Below are positions 22,085-31,642 of a stretch of DNA of 64,000 nucleotides, in pieces (the first letter of the stretch is position 1; the number at the start of each line of letters is the position of its first letter). The position numbers were made by a program, and so were the translations under genes. The notes below the pieces were generated by a model. It had not been told where the DNA came from and made no database searches. It saw nothing but the letters and a program-made list of their open reading frames with translations. Source of the stretch: Candidatus Magasanikbacteria bacterium GW2011_GWA2_56_11 (GTDB lineage Bacteria; Patescibacteriota; Patescibacteriia; Magasanikbacterales; UBA922); the NCBI GenBank assembly GCA_001004885.1, contig LCRX01000014.1, positions 1,565-65,564 on the forward strand. The letters are read 5' to 3'.

Positions 22085-22377
22085 TCTGGCAAGACATCGC
22101 CCTCACCGCGGCCAGCGTGATCTTCTCCATTTCCCTCCTCCCCCAGGTCTATCATGGATTTAAGGAAAAAACCGGGACGATAAAATTTCTCACCTCGGTT
22201 CCCACTTTCATCGGCCTGTACGCCGTTTCGGCCATCTACTGGACTCTGGGGCTGTACTTTTCCGCTGTCGTCTCTTTTATCACCGGCACGCTGTGGTTTT
22301 TGCTGGTTTGCCAGCGGCTGAGGTATAATCAGAAAAAATTAGTTGGCACTGCCGATAAGGCACCGGCTGGCGAGTAA
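22081..22377 (+). CDS. small membrane protein
   Basis: Three hydrophobic helices; overlaps the upstream gene by 4 bp. Confidence 0.4.
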   Translation: MIWQDIALTAASVIFSISLLPQVYHGFKEKTGTIKFLTSVPTFIGLYAVSAIYWTLGLYFSAVVSFITGTLWFLLVCQRLRYNQKKLVGTADKAPAGE

Positions 22378-22447
22378 GGAACTTTATTAGTTCTCCAAAA
22401 ACGATTTACACGGCCGTTATTGAAAAAGAAACCTGGTAAATAAATCT

Positions 22448-22648
22448 ATGACCACCTACGGCTTTGACGAACAAGCCCGGGCCGAAAATATCGCCGCCCG
22501 CGCCAAAATTGAAAAGGAAGAAATTGAAAAAATGAAAGAGAAGTTGTCTCTCTGGAAAAAATTTAAGGCCAAAATCGGGCGGATGCTTGGCCGAGGAGAG
22601 GACAAGAAAAAAATTTCCCAGCTTAGGGATTCAATTGATAAACTCTGA
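22448..22648 (+). CDS. small charged coiled-coil protein
   Basis: 66 aa, KE-rich; 5 bp upstream of the 690-aa ORF. Confidence 0.35.
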   Translation: MTTYGFDEQARAENIAARAKIEKEEIEKMKEKLSLWKKFKAKIGRMLGRGEDKKKISQLRDSIDKL

Positions 22649-22653
22649 TTCGT

Positions 22654-24726
22654 ATGCCAACGGACGAACAGAAAGCGCCCGGCCTTATCCGGGATATCCG
22701 CCAGACGGAAACGGAAAAAACCGAGGGAGCCCCCCGGAGCCTGGCGGAGATCAGACAGGAACTCGGCGAAATGAAAGTCGAACGGCGGGCGCTCCGCCTT
22801 AGGGTAACCGAAGAGGAGCGGGCCGCGGAAGAAGAAATCCGCGCTCGGTTGGAGGAAAAAATAACCGTTCTGGAGCAGGCGTTGGCTGACGACGGCCACG
22901 AAAATTTAGCCGACCTGGCAGACGATTTTGCCGCTTCCGCCGAATTAATCCACGAAGCGCGGCTGGCCGGACTATTTGAATTATTTGAATTGTCCGAGTT
23001 TGACGACCGGCTGGTCGCCTTGTACGATCGGCTGCGGGAAAAAAATCCGTCGCCGGCTGAAGAGACCGAAGGGCTAGCCAGATTCGAAGCCGAGATGAGC
23101 AAGGAATTTCTCCTGCGCGAACTGGAACAGCTTTATAACGATACCACGCAACAGGTGCGCGCTCTCTACGAGCAGATGCAGGCCATGGCTCCCAACGCCG
23201 TCCAAAATTGCGCCGAGGGATTGTGCCGGTGCGCCGACGACTTGTTCAACTTCGAAGTCGGCGGCGTCCTAAGAGTCGATGAATTCGTCGGCTACGTGAA
23301 TGTGCTGCGGGAAAACCATGCCGCCCTGATAAAAGTCGCTGCCGGCCGGGAGGAAGAATTGCCGGAACGTTTTACCACCCTCATGCAGGATGTGGAGAGA
23401 CTGATCGCCAAGCACGAATCCAATCTGGCCGACGTAAAGGCCCTGCTCGAGGGAAAAGAAAATGTCATGAGCTTCGAGCGTTACAACGAGCTCGCCGTGG
23501 AGCTGGCGGCCAACTACAAATATTATATCGAATGGCAGAGGCAAATGGTAAAGCAGTCCCACTCCGAGAGCATCTCGGCCCTGAAAGCCGGCGAAATCAG
23601 GAAAGACGAGGCTAACTGGTCCGGCATCGGCACTACCAAGGACGGCCGGCGTTTCCAAATCGGTCTGCGCGGCAAAAAAGGCTGCGAATACGGACGCTGC
23701 GCGAACTGTTGTCTCTTCCACGGTTCGGCCGACGCTTCGATCACGGCCGCCGATATCGCCACCCAGTTTGACCGGGCTCTCGACCAGGAGGGACTGACAC
23801 CCAGATCGGAGGCGGGCAAACCGGAATGGTCGGGCGAAGGGCAACAGGACATATACCGCATAGACTTCAACGGCAGCGGATCCTTTCTCAACGACGCGGA
23901 AATGCCCCGCGAAGCCAGGCTGGCGATTTTCGACAGACTGGCTAAGCTTCCTTTTACCACGATCCTCATTGAATCCCGGGTAGAGTATATTGACCAGGCC
24001 AAAATCAAAGAACTTCAGGACCGCCTACGGCCCGATCAAAAGCTCGAAATGGCGATCGGTTTGGAGAGCGCCAACAATCTGGTCCGGGAACTGTCGGTCG
24101 CCAAGGGCTACAGTCTGGAGGAATTCGAACGCAGCGTCGAGGTGCTGGCCGCGCAGGGAGTCGATGTGCTGGTATATTCCATTGTCAAGCCCGCGCTTCT
24201 CAAAGAGAAAGAAGCCCTGGAAGACAGTCTGTATACCGGCCGATACCTGGGTGATCTGGCGCAACGGATCAAAGATAAAACCAGCAACCCGGCCTTTTCC
24301 CTGACCATGAAGCTGGAACAGGCTTTCATCCAAAAAGGCGGCTACTTAGACTATCTCCACAACAAAAAGAGAAAGACGGCCGGTCCTGGCGCCGCGGGCA
24401 GCGGTTCGCCGGACAGCGACTCTCTCTACGAGACTCCCTGGTCATTTACCATCGCCAATATCGTGGAGCGGCTCTGCGACGAGGGTATAAATAAACAAAT
24501 TAACATCCAAATCGGCCGCAGCGACGATTTCCCCCCGCCGGTAGATATCACCCGAAACCGGACGCCGGATGGCGTACCTCATAATGAGAGCACGAAAGCC
24601 GTTGATGACGCTATGCAGCAATTCAATATCGATGGCGACGCCGAAAAACTGTCTGCCGCCCTGCTCGCGGTTCAAACCTCACATCCGGAAGTATTCGCGG
24701 CCTGGCAGGCGAAGCTGGAATCCTGA
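22654..24726 (+). CDS. large hypothetical protein: N-terminal coiled-coil region plus C-terminal CX4CX2C radical-SAM-like/TIM-barrel-like segment
   Basis: EEEIRARLEEK-type heptads in the N-terminal half. GCEYGRCANCC cysteine cluster followed ~60 aa later by IDFNGSGSF (GGE-like) and a beta/alpha-patterned region. Confidence 0.5.
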   Translation: MPTDEQKAPGLIRDIRQTETEKTEGAPRSLAEIRQELGEMKVERRALRLRVTEEERAAEEEIRARLEEKITVLEQALADDGHENLADLADDFAASAELIHEARLAGLFELFELSEFDDRLVALYDRLREKNPSPAEETEGLARFEAEMSKEFLLRELEQLYNDTTQQVRALYEQMQAMAPNAVQNCAEGLCRCADDLFNFEVGGVLRVDEFVGYVNVLRENHAALIKVAAGREEELPERFTTLMQDVERLIAKHESNLADVKALLEGKENVMSFERYNELAVELAANYKYYIEWQRQMVKQSHSESISALKAGEIRKDEANWSGIGTTKDGRRFQIGLRGKKGCEYGRCANCCLFHGSADASITAADIATQFDRALDQEGLTPRSEAGKPEWSGEGQQDIYRIDFNGSGSFLNDAEMPREARLAIFDRLAKLPFTTILIESRVEYIDQAKIKELQDRLRPDQKLEMAIGLESANNLVRELSVAKGYSLEEFERSVEVLAAQGVDVLVYSIVKPALLKEKEALEDSLYTGRYLGDLAQRIKDKTSNPAFSLTMKLEQAFIQKGGYLDYLHNKKRKTAGPGAAGSGSPDSDSLYETPWSFTIANIVERLCDEGINKQINIQIGRSDDFPPPVDITRNRTPDGVPHNESTKAVDDAMQQFNIDGDAEKLSAALLAVQTSHPEVFAAWQAKLES

Positions 24727-24829
24727 GAGACCGGGAGAGCGGGAGGTGTATGGACTTTTTCCCTATCGAGCCAAAGATATAAAGACAAAATTTTGCAATA
24801 TTTATTGTAGGGAATTATCAGTTATAAGT

Positions 24830-26119
24830 ATGTCTCACCGCCGCCTGACGATTGTTTCTCTCTTTAGCATTCCACTCCTGGCTTTCGTCTGGCACTTCGC
24901 CACTGAGGCCGTCTCCTGCCCGCTCAACACCGGCCTCCCGTACAAAAAAGCCGGCCAGCCGACAATCTACTATGTTACCCCGGAATGCAGCCGGCGCCCG
25001 TTTGCCAACCCCGCGCTTTTTTTCAGCTACTTTAAAAGCTGGAACGCGGTCGTAACCGCCGATGGCCCGGCGCTCGCGGCGGTGGCGCCGGACAAGCTGG
25101 GGTTTATGCCGTGGGGTCCGCTCTACGATCCAAAGTACGGGGCGCTGGTCAAGACGGTTGCCGACCCCAAGGTTTATCTGATCCTCAACGACAAGAAATT
25201 CTGGATCACGTCCGAAACCGTATTTAGCGCCCTCAATTATAACTGGGGCTGGATAGAGGACGTGGACGCGGCGCTCCTCGCCCAATACGCGGCCGGCGGC
25301 GAGATCGCTTATACCGACCACCATCCGAATTATACCCTGATCAAATACGCGGACAGTCCAAACGTCTACCGGCTGGAACCGGACGCGAGCGATCCCAACC
25401 TCCAGGTGAAATACCATATACCGGACGAGGAGACGTTTGCCAAACTGGGTTTCCGTTTTGATCGCATCGTGGAGATAAAAGATACCGAAGTCTATCCGGA
25501 CAAAAAACCGGCCGGCGCGCCGGGAACCGCCCCCACCAGTACCGTGAGCACGGAAACCGTGCCGGCCGCTCCCCCGGCGCCGGACAGCGAAGCGGACAAA
25601 CCGACAGCATCGCCGCCGGTTTCGACCTTGTCGGGCGTGAGCGCGGAATTTTTGACCTGCCCCACCCAGAGCGAACGCGCGGCTTTTGACGCCGATTTTG
25701 AACTGCGCTTCCTCAACTACCCCGCGACGCCGACCAGTTCCTACCCCAATACGCGCTGGAGCGAGTACCCGTACCAGTGCGACCTGACAGACAAAAATCC
25801 GACGCGGCTCACGACCTACAACACGCTGCGGTTTCTCAAACATCTGGAATTCGACCGACCGCTGCCCTTTACGGCCGGCCGGACGCTGTACGAGTACCTG
25901 ACGCTCAAAACCCTGCCGGCGGACGGCACGATTTACCCCAAACTCGTAATCGAGCCGGTCATAGACTGTAATGTCTATTCCACCGGCGGCCGGGGGGCGC
26001 GTGCCGGCGGCGCGGCGATTCTCAAGGTAACGATGAGCGGCAATTTCTCCCGCCTGTACCCGGTACTCTCCGGCTCAGCAACGGACATACCGGCGTGGCC
26101 GGGGGCGATGCGACCATAG
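24830..26119 (+). CDS. secreted hypothetical protein (signal peptide), probably continuing by frameshift into 26095..26322
   Basis: MSHRRLTIVSLFSIPLLAFVWHFA signal peptide. Pro/Thr-rich linker. Downstream ORF in another frame starts at a G5 homopolymer (~26100). Confidence 0.45.
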   Translation: MSHRRLTIVSLFSIPLLAFVWHFATEAVSCPLNTGLPYKKAGQPTIYYVTPECSRRPFANPALFFSYFKSWNAVVTADGPALAAVAPDKLGFMPWGPLYDPKYGALVKTVADPKVYLILNDKKFWITSETVFSALNYNWGWIEDVDAALLAQYAAGGEIAYTDHHPNYTLIKYADSPNVYRLEPDASDPNLQVKYHIPDEETFAKLGFRFDRIVEIKDTEVYPDKKPAGAPGTAPTSTVSTETVPAAPPAPDSEADKPTASPPVSTLSGVSAEFLTCPTQSERAAFDADFELRFLNYPATPTSSYPNTRWSEYPYQCDLTDKNPTRLTTYNTLRFLKHLEFDRPLPFTAGRTLYEYLTLKTLPADGTIYPKLVIEPVIDCNVYSTGGRGARAGGAAILKVTMSGNFSRLYPVLSGSATDIPAWPGAMRP

Positions 26120-26300
26120 AGGAAATGGGCGCCTGGGCCGCGCAGTTCTACTTCCACGCCTGGGTGGCGCTGTTCTCGGCCAATGCCGACGATCAGACCA
26201 AGCAGCTCGCCCGCACCAGCGCCGAGCAGATTATCGACACGCGCTTCAGCCAGAGCAAATGCCCGACCGATCCGGCGCTCAAAACTATAGTCAATGAAAT

Positions 26301-26319
26301 AAAAAAGGGGCTATGCCCC
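26301..26319 (-). terminator. rho-independent terminator for the minus-strand zinc-ribbon gene
   Basis: ggggc-tat-gcccc followed on the minus strand by TTTTTTATTT. Confidence 0.5.
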
Positions 26320-26343
26320 TAGTGTGCCGCCTTTTCGTCCGGC

Positions 26344-26508
26344 TTATTTTCCTTCGTCCACCACTTCGGCCGCCACTTCGCCGTCGGCGATATTTTCAAT
26401 GCCAAGCGTAATGCCGCACACGTCGCACTCGACGACATCGGCCGGGGCCAAATGCGGGTAACGGGAGACATCAACGTCGTTTTTGCACTCTGGACAAACG
26501 AGGTGCAT
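26344..26508 (-). CDS. zinc-ribbon protein, LysW-like (amino-group carrier protein-like)
   Basis: MHLVCPECKNDVDV...VVECDVCGITLGIE plus acidic C-terminal tail ...EVVDEGK. Confidence 0.35.
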   Translation of the reverse strand: MHLVCPECKNDVDVSRYPHLAPADVVECDVCGITLGIENIADGEVAAEVVDEGK

Positions 26509-26591
26509 AGCGGTAGTATTTAGAAATAAAATAACCGGCCAGATAATACTAGCGCAAACCCGCCAATAATTCAAGTTCTCAAAATTAAGCC

Positions 26592-27482
26592 ATGAAAACG
26601 CCGCAACAAGCCTACCCCGCGCTCGCCCGGGAGCTCGGAGTGAGCGAGGTTTACCTCAAACGGGAAGACCTCCACCACTACGGCTCGCACAAGGGCCGCT
26701 CCATCCCCTACATGGTAGATCAGTACTACCGCAAACAGGGCATCAAGAGCTTCGTTATTTCTTCCTCCGGCAACGCGGCGCTGGCGGCCGTGCGCGCGGC
26801 CGTAAGCCACAACACGAACAAGCCGGCCGACCCGATTACTCTCACGGTTTTTATCGGCCCAAAAATCACGGCCGAAAAACTAAAGCTTTTGGCCAAAGAG
26901 GCCGCTGACCCGCGGATAAAAATCGTCCAGGCAAAGAACCCGAAACAACAGGCCTTCCAAATGGATAAGGCCGGAGAAGCCAAAAATCTGCGCCAGTCCA
27001 CCGACGACCTGGCCCTGGCCGGTTATGCCGAGCTGGCGCGGGAACTGGACAAAATCCCCGGTTTAGCGGCTGTCTTTATTCCCACCTCGTCCGGTACAAC
27101 GGCTCAGGCCTTGGGAGAAGCTTTCGCCAATCTCACCCAAAAACCGCAGATCCACATAGTGCAAACCGCGGCTTGCCACCCGATCGCCGCCCTGCTCGGG
27201 GCAGCCGCCGACGCCACGACTAGCGCCACCAGCCTGGCCGGCGCTATTGTCGACCGGGTAGCTTTCCGCCAAGACAAAGTGGCGGACGCCGTCCGCCGCA
27301 GCCAGGGAGCGGCCTGGATCGTGAAAGACATTGAAATCCACCTGGCCATCGATCTGGTCAAGAGTACGGCCGACATCGCCATCTCGCCCAATAGCGCCCT
27401 CTCGGTCGCCGGCCTGGCCCAAGCCGCCAAAAACGGCGCCGTCTTTGCGGGCGCCGTGGTCTGCCTCATTACCGGCCGCTAA
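26592..27482 (+). CDS. PLP-dependent enzyme, fold type II (Trp-synthase beta / threonine synthase-like)
   Basis: YLKREDLHHYGSHKGRS lysine motif and glycine-rich loops. Confidence 0.55.
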   Translation: MKTPQQAYPALARELGVSEVYLKREDLHHYGSHKGRSIPYMVDQYYRKQGIKSFVISSSGNAALAAVRAAVSHNTNKPADPITLTVFIGPKITAEKLKLLAKEAADPRIKIVQAKNPKQQAFQMDKAGEAKNLRQSTDDLALAGYAELARELDKIPGLAAVFIPTSSGTTAQALGEAFANLTQKPQIHIVQTAACHPIAALLGAAADATTSATSLAGAIVDRVAFRQDKVADAVRRSQGAAWIVKDIEIHLAIDLVKSTADIAISPNSALSVAGLAQAAKNGAVFAGAVVCLITGR

Positions 27483-27483
27483 A

Positions 27484-28185
27484 TCAGGCGGAAAAAATGC
27501 TCACCATATTGGGGCCCTCTGCGGCCTCGGTTTTTTGTCCTTTCCGGCTGTAGTACTGCTCGATAACGGCGAGCCCGGCCTCGGCGGCGAGCGCGGCGAG
27601 TACGACAAAGGTAAAACCGTAGTAATACCGTTCGCCGAGTATCTCTCCCTGGCTGTTCTTCCAGGGAACAATAAAATCATTCTCCCCTATTTTCTGCCAC
27701 TCTCCCCGCCGTATTCTGGCCTGCGCGTCATCCGATTCCAGCAGATTCCAGTTGGTGACGACGAGCGGCGCGCCCGGCTTGGCCAGGCGCTTCATTTCCC
27801 TAAGCGCCTCGATTTGGTTCGCGCGCGTCGGCAGATGGTGGAGCGCGGCGACGCAATAGACGGCGTCAAACTCATGGTCCGGCAGGGGCACCAAGCGCAT
27901 ATCCGCGAGGATATACCGGCCCGAAGGATAAGCGGCACGCGCGAGGACCAAAAGCTCTTCGCTCTGGTCCACGCCGACATAATCCACAGAAACCCCGGCA
28001 AACAGCTGGTTTAGCCGGCCATTGCCGCAGCCCAGATCCAGCACGCGGTCGCCGTCCTTCGCGTAGCGGCCAAGCGGCTTCAGGTCCTCCCACAGCTCCG
28101 CGCGCGTATCCGAAAACAGCGGCGCAATACGATTGTACACCGCGCGATTCTGCTCGACGAATTTGTCGGCTTCGTCTTGGTCCAT
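27484..28185 (-). CDS. class I SAM-dependent methyltransferase
   Basis: VLDLGCGNGRL motif I, acidic motif II. Confidence 0.6.
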   Translation of the reverse strand: MDQDEADKFVEQNRAVYNRIAPLFSDTRAELWEDLKPLGRYAKDGDRVLDLGCGNGRLNQLFAGVSVDYVGVDQSEELLVLARAAYPSGRYILADMRLVPLPDHEFDAVYCVAALHHLPTRANQIEALREMKRLAKPGAPLVVTNWNLLESDDAQARIRRGEWQKIGENDFIVPWKNSQGEILGERYYYGFTFVVLAALAAEAGLAVIEQYYSRKGQKTEAAEGPNMVSIFSA

Positions 28186-28393
28186 ATGTCCACTGGCAAA
28201 TGAGCTGTTGATAAACAACGTACAAGATCAGAGTGTCCGCGTCAAACAGTCCCTGGTTGCTATTAGCCGGCCCGGCGCAAGTCTATTCCGCCCCGGGCCA
28301 GAACGGTGTATAATCATACTAAAATTGCCTCATTTGGTCAAAAAAAGGTCGAACCAAAATTAATTTATCTGGCTAAAGCCTGCTCCCATACAT

Positions 28394-28645
28394 ATGATCA
28401 ACACCAAACACCTCCTCAAAGTCGTCCCGGCATGGATGAGCATAGTTTATACCGTCTGTTACGCCGGAGTCGCCATCTATCCGCCGATTAGGGAAATGTT
28501 CATGAAATACTCCCTGCACGCGTCGGTGTCCTTGACCTCGGATTATTTCGGCCTCGCCTATTTTGTTTCCGGCCTCGTTATCTGGAATATCGCCGCCATC
28601 GCCGGCGCCTGGCTGTTCGCGTTCTTGTTCAACAAAATGAAATAA
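28394..28645 (+). CDS. small membrane protein
   Basis: 83 aa, 2-3 TM helices; lies at the GC transition into the AT-rich block. Confidence 0.3.
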   Translation: MINTKHLLKVVPAWMSIVYTVCYAGVAIYPPIREMFMKYSLHASVSLTSDYFGLAYFVSGLVIWNIAAIAGAWLFAFLFNKMK

Positions 28646-28754
28646 ACTAGGATTACCGCTAACCTCCGCGCCGCCATCCCGCCCCGGCATATGCGCTGCT
28701 GGCGCAGAAGACTGGTATAACACTTCTGGCAGATAAACGCGGTACGGCTGCCGT

Positions 28755-29039
28755 TCAAACGGAGCGGCAAGATTTTAATTTTCTGATTAACGAGCTGGCC
28801 AACCAACCGACTCCGTATAGCAGCGCAGCGTTTATTGCGATCGATAAAACATAGGAAACCGGATTGATGCCCGTGCCTACATTGAGAAAAAATATCCAGG
28901 GCGCGGCAGGTATAATAATCTCGATTCCGCACGACCAATCCCCCCGGGGGCAGTCCTCTAGTAAGCCATAGATACCAAGACCGATAGTTATCGTTAAATA
29001 CAATCCTACGAGGACTGGGCCGATTTTTGTTTTCTTCAT
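28755..29039 (-). CDS. small membrane protein (cassette ORF)
   Basis: 94 aa, hydrophobic. Confidence 0.35.
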   Translation of the reverse strand: MKKTKIGPVLVGLYLTITIGLGIYGLLEDCPRGDWSCGIEIIIPAAPWIFFLNVGTGINPVSYVLSIAINAALLYGVGWLASSLIRKLKSCRSV

Positions 29040-29115
29040 ATAACCGGATAAAAAACGCCAGACAAAAATCTTAACCTTTTTGTCCGCCTTAATTACCTAA
29101 AAAATATCAACCATT

Positions 29116-30249
29116 TTATTTTCGTTCAGGATATATCCGATATTCCAGGCAATGATACTCATTGCCGCCCAGACCTTTTTCGTCATACTCAGTTTCAATT
29201 TTTCCGCCTAGCGACTCAGGAATTTTTCGGCTGGAAATATTTTTATCAGCTACGGGATACAAAAGATAATCGTAATCCAAATTTTCGTCCGCCCACTTTT
29301 TAACTGCGACCATTGCTTCTTTGCCATAACCTTTCCCGTGCGCTGATTTTTTTATCCAAACGCCCATTTCTGGAGTTTTTCCATCAACATGGTGTAGGCC
29401 GGCACAGCCGAAAAATTCCTGAGAGTCTTTTGCGACAATTACAAGTTGAAGATTGCTACCTTCGTTCAAACCTTTTAGAGAATTTTCTATAAATACCTCA
29501 ATTCCCGAAATATCTTTGGCCGGAGCTTCATACATGAAAGTTGTTATTTCTGGTGAAAATTCTCTAAAAATTTCATCCCTATACCGCATTGATATTGGCA
29601 CGAGCAAAAGACGTTCGCTTTCTATGCGCTCTGCCAGTAATCCTTGTTCATTTTTCATAATTGGTTTTTCCATGATAAGAAAAACTCTGGACAATTTAAT
29701 TTCATCTTTGTCCGCTTTTTCTTTTAACAAGAGTATCGCCAACGCTGATCCCATGGCCACAATTTTATTTTTTAAAGCCATTTCAACAGCTCTATCGTAA
29801 TCCACTAAAATTACGTCAATGTCTTCTGGTACATAATCGCCGGAGTCATTTTTTTGATCGAGCTTGGATATGTCTTTGCTGAAAAATAAATGTATTTTAC
29901 GGTTAAGTTGACCGTATGTTTCATAAAAAACGCCGAGTTTTGTTAAAGAATTGCATGTATATCCTGTTTCCTCCTCAAATTCTCTCTTTGCGCCCTCCTC
30001 TATGGTCTCGGCGCTTTGATTATATCCTGAAGGAAATTCTATAACCTCATCATCAACCATATAACGGTACTGCTTGATCATGACAAGCTTTTTATCCTCA
30101 GTCATACCCACAACCATGGCTGAATCTGGACTATCCCAATAAGTCCATTCCCTTTTTTCGCCGTTGGGAAGCTCTACTATGTCCTGCCTTACTTTAAAGT
30201 ACTTAGAATCTAAGGCAAGTTTTGATTGTAGACATTTCCATTTTTTCAT
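29116..30249 (-). CDS. NUDIX hydrolase - GNAT N-acetyltransferase fusion protein
   Basis: N-terminal Nudix box GYNQSAETIEEGAKREFEEETGY. C-terminal RimJ/RimL-like GNAT (QLVIVAKDSQEFFGCAGLHHVD...GKGYGKEAM). Confidence 0.6.
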   Translation of the reverse strand: MKKWKCLQSKLALDSKYFKVRQDIVELPNGEKREWTYWDSPDSAMVVGMTEDKKLVMIKQYRYMVDDEVIEFPSGYNQSAETIEEGAKREFEEETGYTCNSLTKLGVFYETYGQLNRKIHLFFSKDISKLDQKNDSGDYVPEDIDVILVDYDRAVEMALKNKIVAMGSALAILLLKEKADKDEIKLSRVFLIMEKPIMKNEQGLLAERIESERLLLVPISMRYRDEIFREFSPEITTFMYEAPAKDISGIEVFIENSLKGLNEGSNLQLVIVAKDSQEFFGCAGLHHVDGKTPEMGVWIKKSAHGKGYGKEAMVAVKKWADENLDYDYLLYPVADKNISSRKIPESLGGKIETEYDEKGLGGNEYHCLEYRIYPERK

Positions 30250-30442
30250 AATTAATTTTATCGTTTTGGCGGGTCGCAAGAGGGGGGCGAAGGTGACGAA
30301 TCGCGGCCTGCCAAAACACCTACTTCAGTTTCCTTATTAGAGCAGTCGGTCGCGCGCATTTTTTTGTCTTCAGCAGGCATTTTCAACTGTTCCCAAAATG
30401 GGAACGGCTGTGATAACGCCGTGTCCCGTTCCTTCATTTTTG

Positions 30443-30589
30443 CCCAGTAAGTTTTTGGTTGTGGCTATCAGTTAAAACACCAACGATATCCAAAATTGAA
30501 AACCACCATTCTTTTTTATAAATGATTTTCCTTATTTCTTTGCCTTTAAACAAGGCAATATGGTGGTTTGGATTTTGAGTGTCTGACAT
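30443..30589 (-). pseudogene. Bro-N/KilA-N-like domain fragment (remnant cassette ORF, under 60 aa)
   Basis: MSDTQNPNHHIALFKGKEIRKIIYKKEWWFSILDIVGVL matches the Bro-N N-terminal pattern; then stop and frameshifted continuation. Confidence 0.3.
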
Positions 30590-30645
30590 AGTGTAATAAT
30601 TTATTAAATATCGGTTCGGCGGGCATTCTATTCGTATTTGGATTA

Positions 30646-31053
30646 CTAATTTTCTTCGTAAAAAACTTCCAATCTCAAACCATCGGGATCGTGAAAGAAA
30701 ACCGCGTAATACAATTCATCTCCGTAGTCCGGGTAATGTCTTGGTTTTCCGTCAGTATTGGCTTTCATTTTAGTGAGAAGTTTGTATAAATCATCCACAA
30801 TTTTCTTTTTCCCCACGGCCATACCAAGGTGATGAAAACCGACCCTATAATGGTCAAACTTGTCAGCAAAATACTCTTTGTGCCCTTGAAAAATAGCTAA
30901 AAAATACGGAAAGTTTTTTGATTGATAATAAACATGCTGTTTATTTGCGAACGCGATAGTAAAACCGAGGGAGCCAAGCACTTTATCATACCAAAGTTTA
31001 GACTTTCTCAAGTTTTTTACGGTAAGAACGAAATGACTTCTTTTTTCAATCAT
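30646..31053 (-). CDS. VOC family protein (glyoxalase/bleomycin-resistance fold)
   Basis: 135 aa; HHLGMAV...DPDGLRLEVF pattern. Confidence 0.55.
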   Translation of the reverse strand: MIEKRSHFVLTVKNLRKSKLWYDKVLGSLGFTIAFANKQHVYYQSKNFPYFLAIFQGHKEYFADKFDHYRVGFHHLGMAVGKKKIVDDLYKLLTKMKANTDGKPRHYPDYGDELYYAVFFHDPDGLRLEVFYEEN

Positions 31054-31084
31054 ATGTTTTATTCATAATTGTCTGTATTTTATT

Positions 31085-31143
31085 GCGCCTAACGTCCGTG
31101 CATATGCGCGATGTTTCAATATCGTATATACGCTGTTAGGCGC
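31085..31143 (-). repeat. attC-like recombination site (59 bp)
   Basis: GCGCCTAAC ... GTTAGGCGC perfect inverse cores; begins 12 bp after the cupin stop codon. Confidence 0.6.
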
Positions 31144-31154
31144 GGTTTCGCCGA

Positions 31155-31514
31155 TCACAGCACCTCCTCGTCCTCCTTGTGCCACGCCGGATCGACAATA
31201 CAGAGGAACACAAGATCGGTCTTTCCTGAGTTGCGAATATACTGTTGTGTGTTTGGCGGGATATACACGGCCTGGCCCGGACAAACTTTTTTCGACTCCT
31301 CGCCGATCTGCATGACCCCTTCGCCTTCGAGAATGTAATAGACTTCTGACGTCTTCAACTTATGCGGATAAGAGGTTTTTCCCGGCTTGACTACTGCGTG
31401 CGCCAGACTGTAGCGGAGTTCAAGATCGTCTTTCTCCGGATGCAAGAGTTCGCGCAGGATTGTATTGTCTCCGGCGATGAACTCTTCACAATCTTTTAGA
31501 TCTTTGATAAACAT
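31155..31514 (-). CDS. cupin domain protein
   Basis: 119 aa, conserved cupin Gly/His pattern. Confidence 0.55.
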   Translation of the reverse strand: MFIKDLKDCEEFIAGDNTILRELLHPEKDDLELRYSLAHAVVKPGKTSYPHKLKTSEVYYILEGEGVMQIGEESKKVCPGQAVYIPPNTQQYIRNSGKTDLVFLCIVDPAWHKEDEEVL

Positions 31515-31528
31515 AGGCGAAACAATTT

Positions 31529-31601
31529 CAGCTAATGTTTGCGCGATATGACGTGCGGAGCATATGGGCGGGTGGCGCGAACCGTGTACACGCTTAGGAC
31601 G
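31529..31601 (-). repeat. attC-like site (degenerate cores)
   Basis: cagctaatgtttgcgcg ... gtgtacacgcttaggacg inverted ends; followed by GNRA hairpin gggcGAAAgccc. Confidence 0.45.
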
Positions 31602-31642
31602 TGATAAGGGCGAAAGCCCCGCAGCGATATCGCCGTACCCGT

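Noticed and set aside
28646-28754. An additional attC at the far end of the array
   Set aside because: Contains GTTATAC and GTTAGCG in the same orientation rather than as an inverted pair. Probably a decayed terminal junction, so not called.
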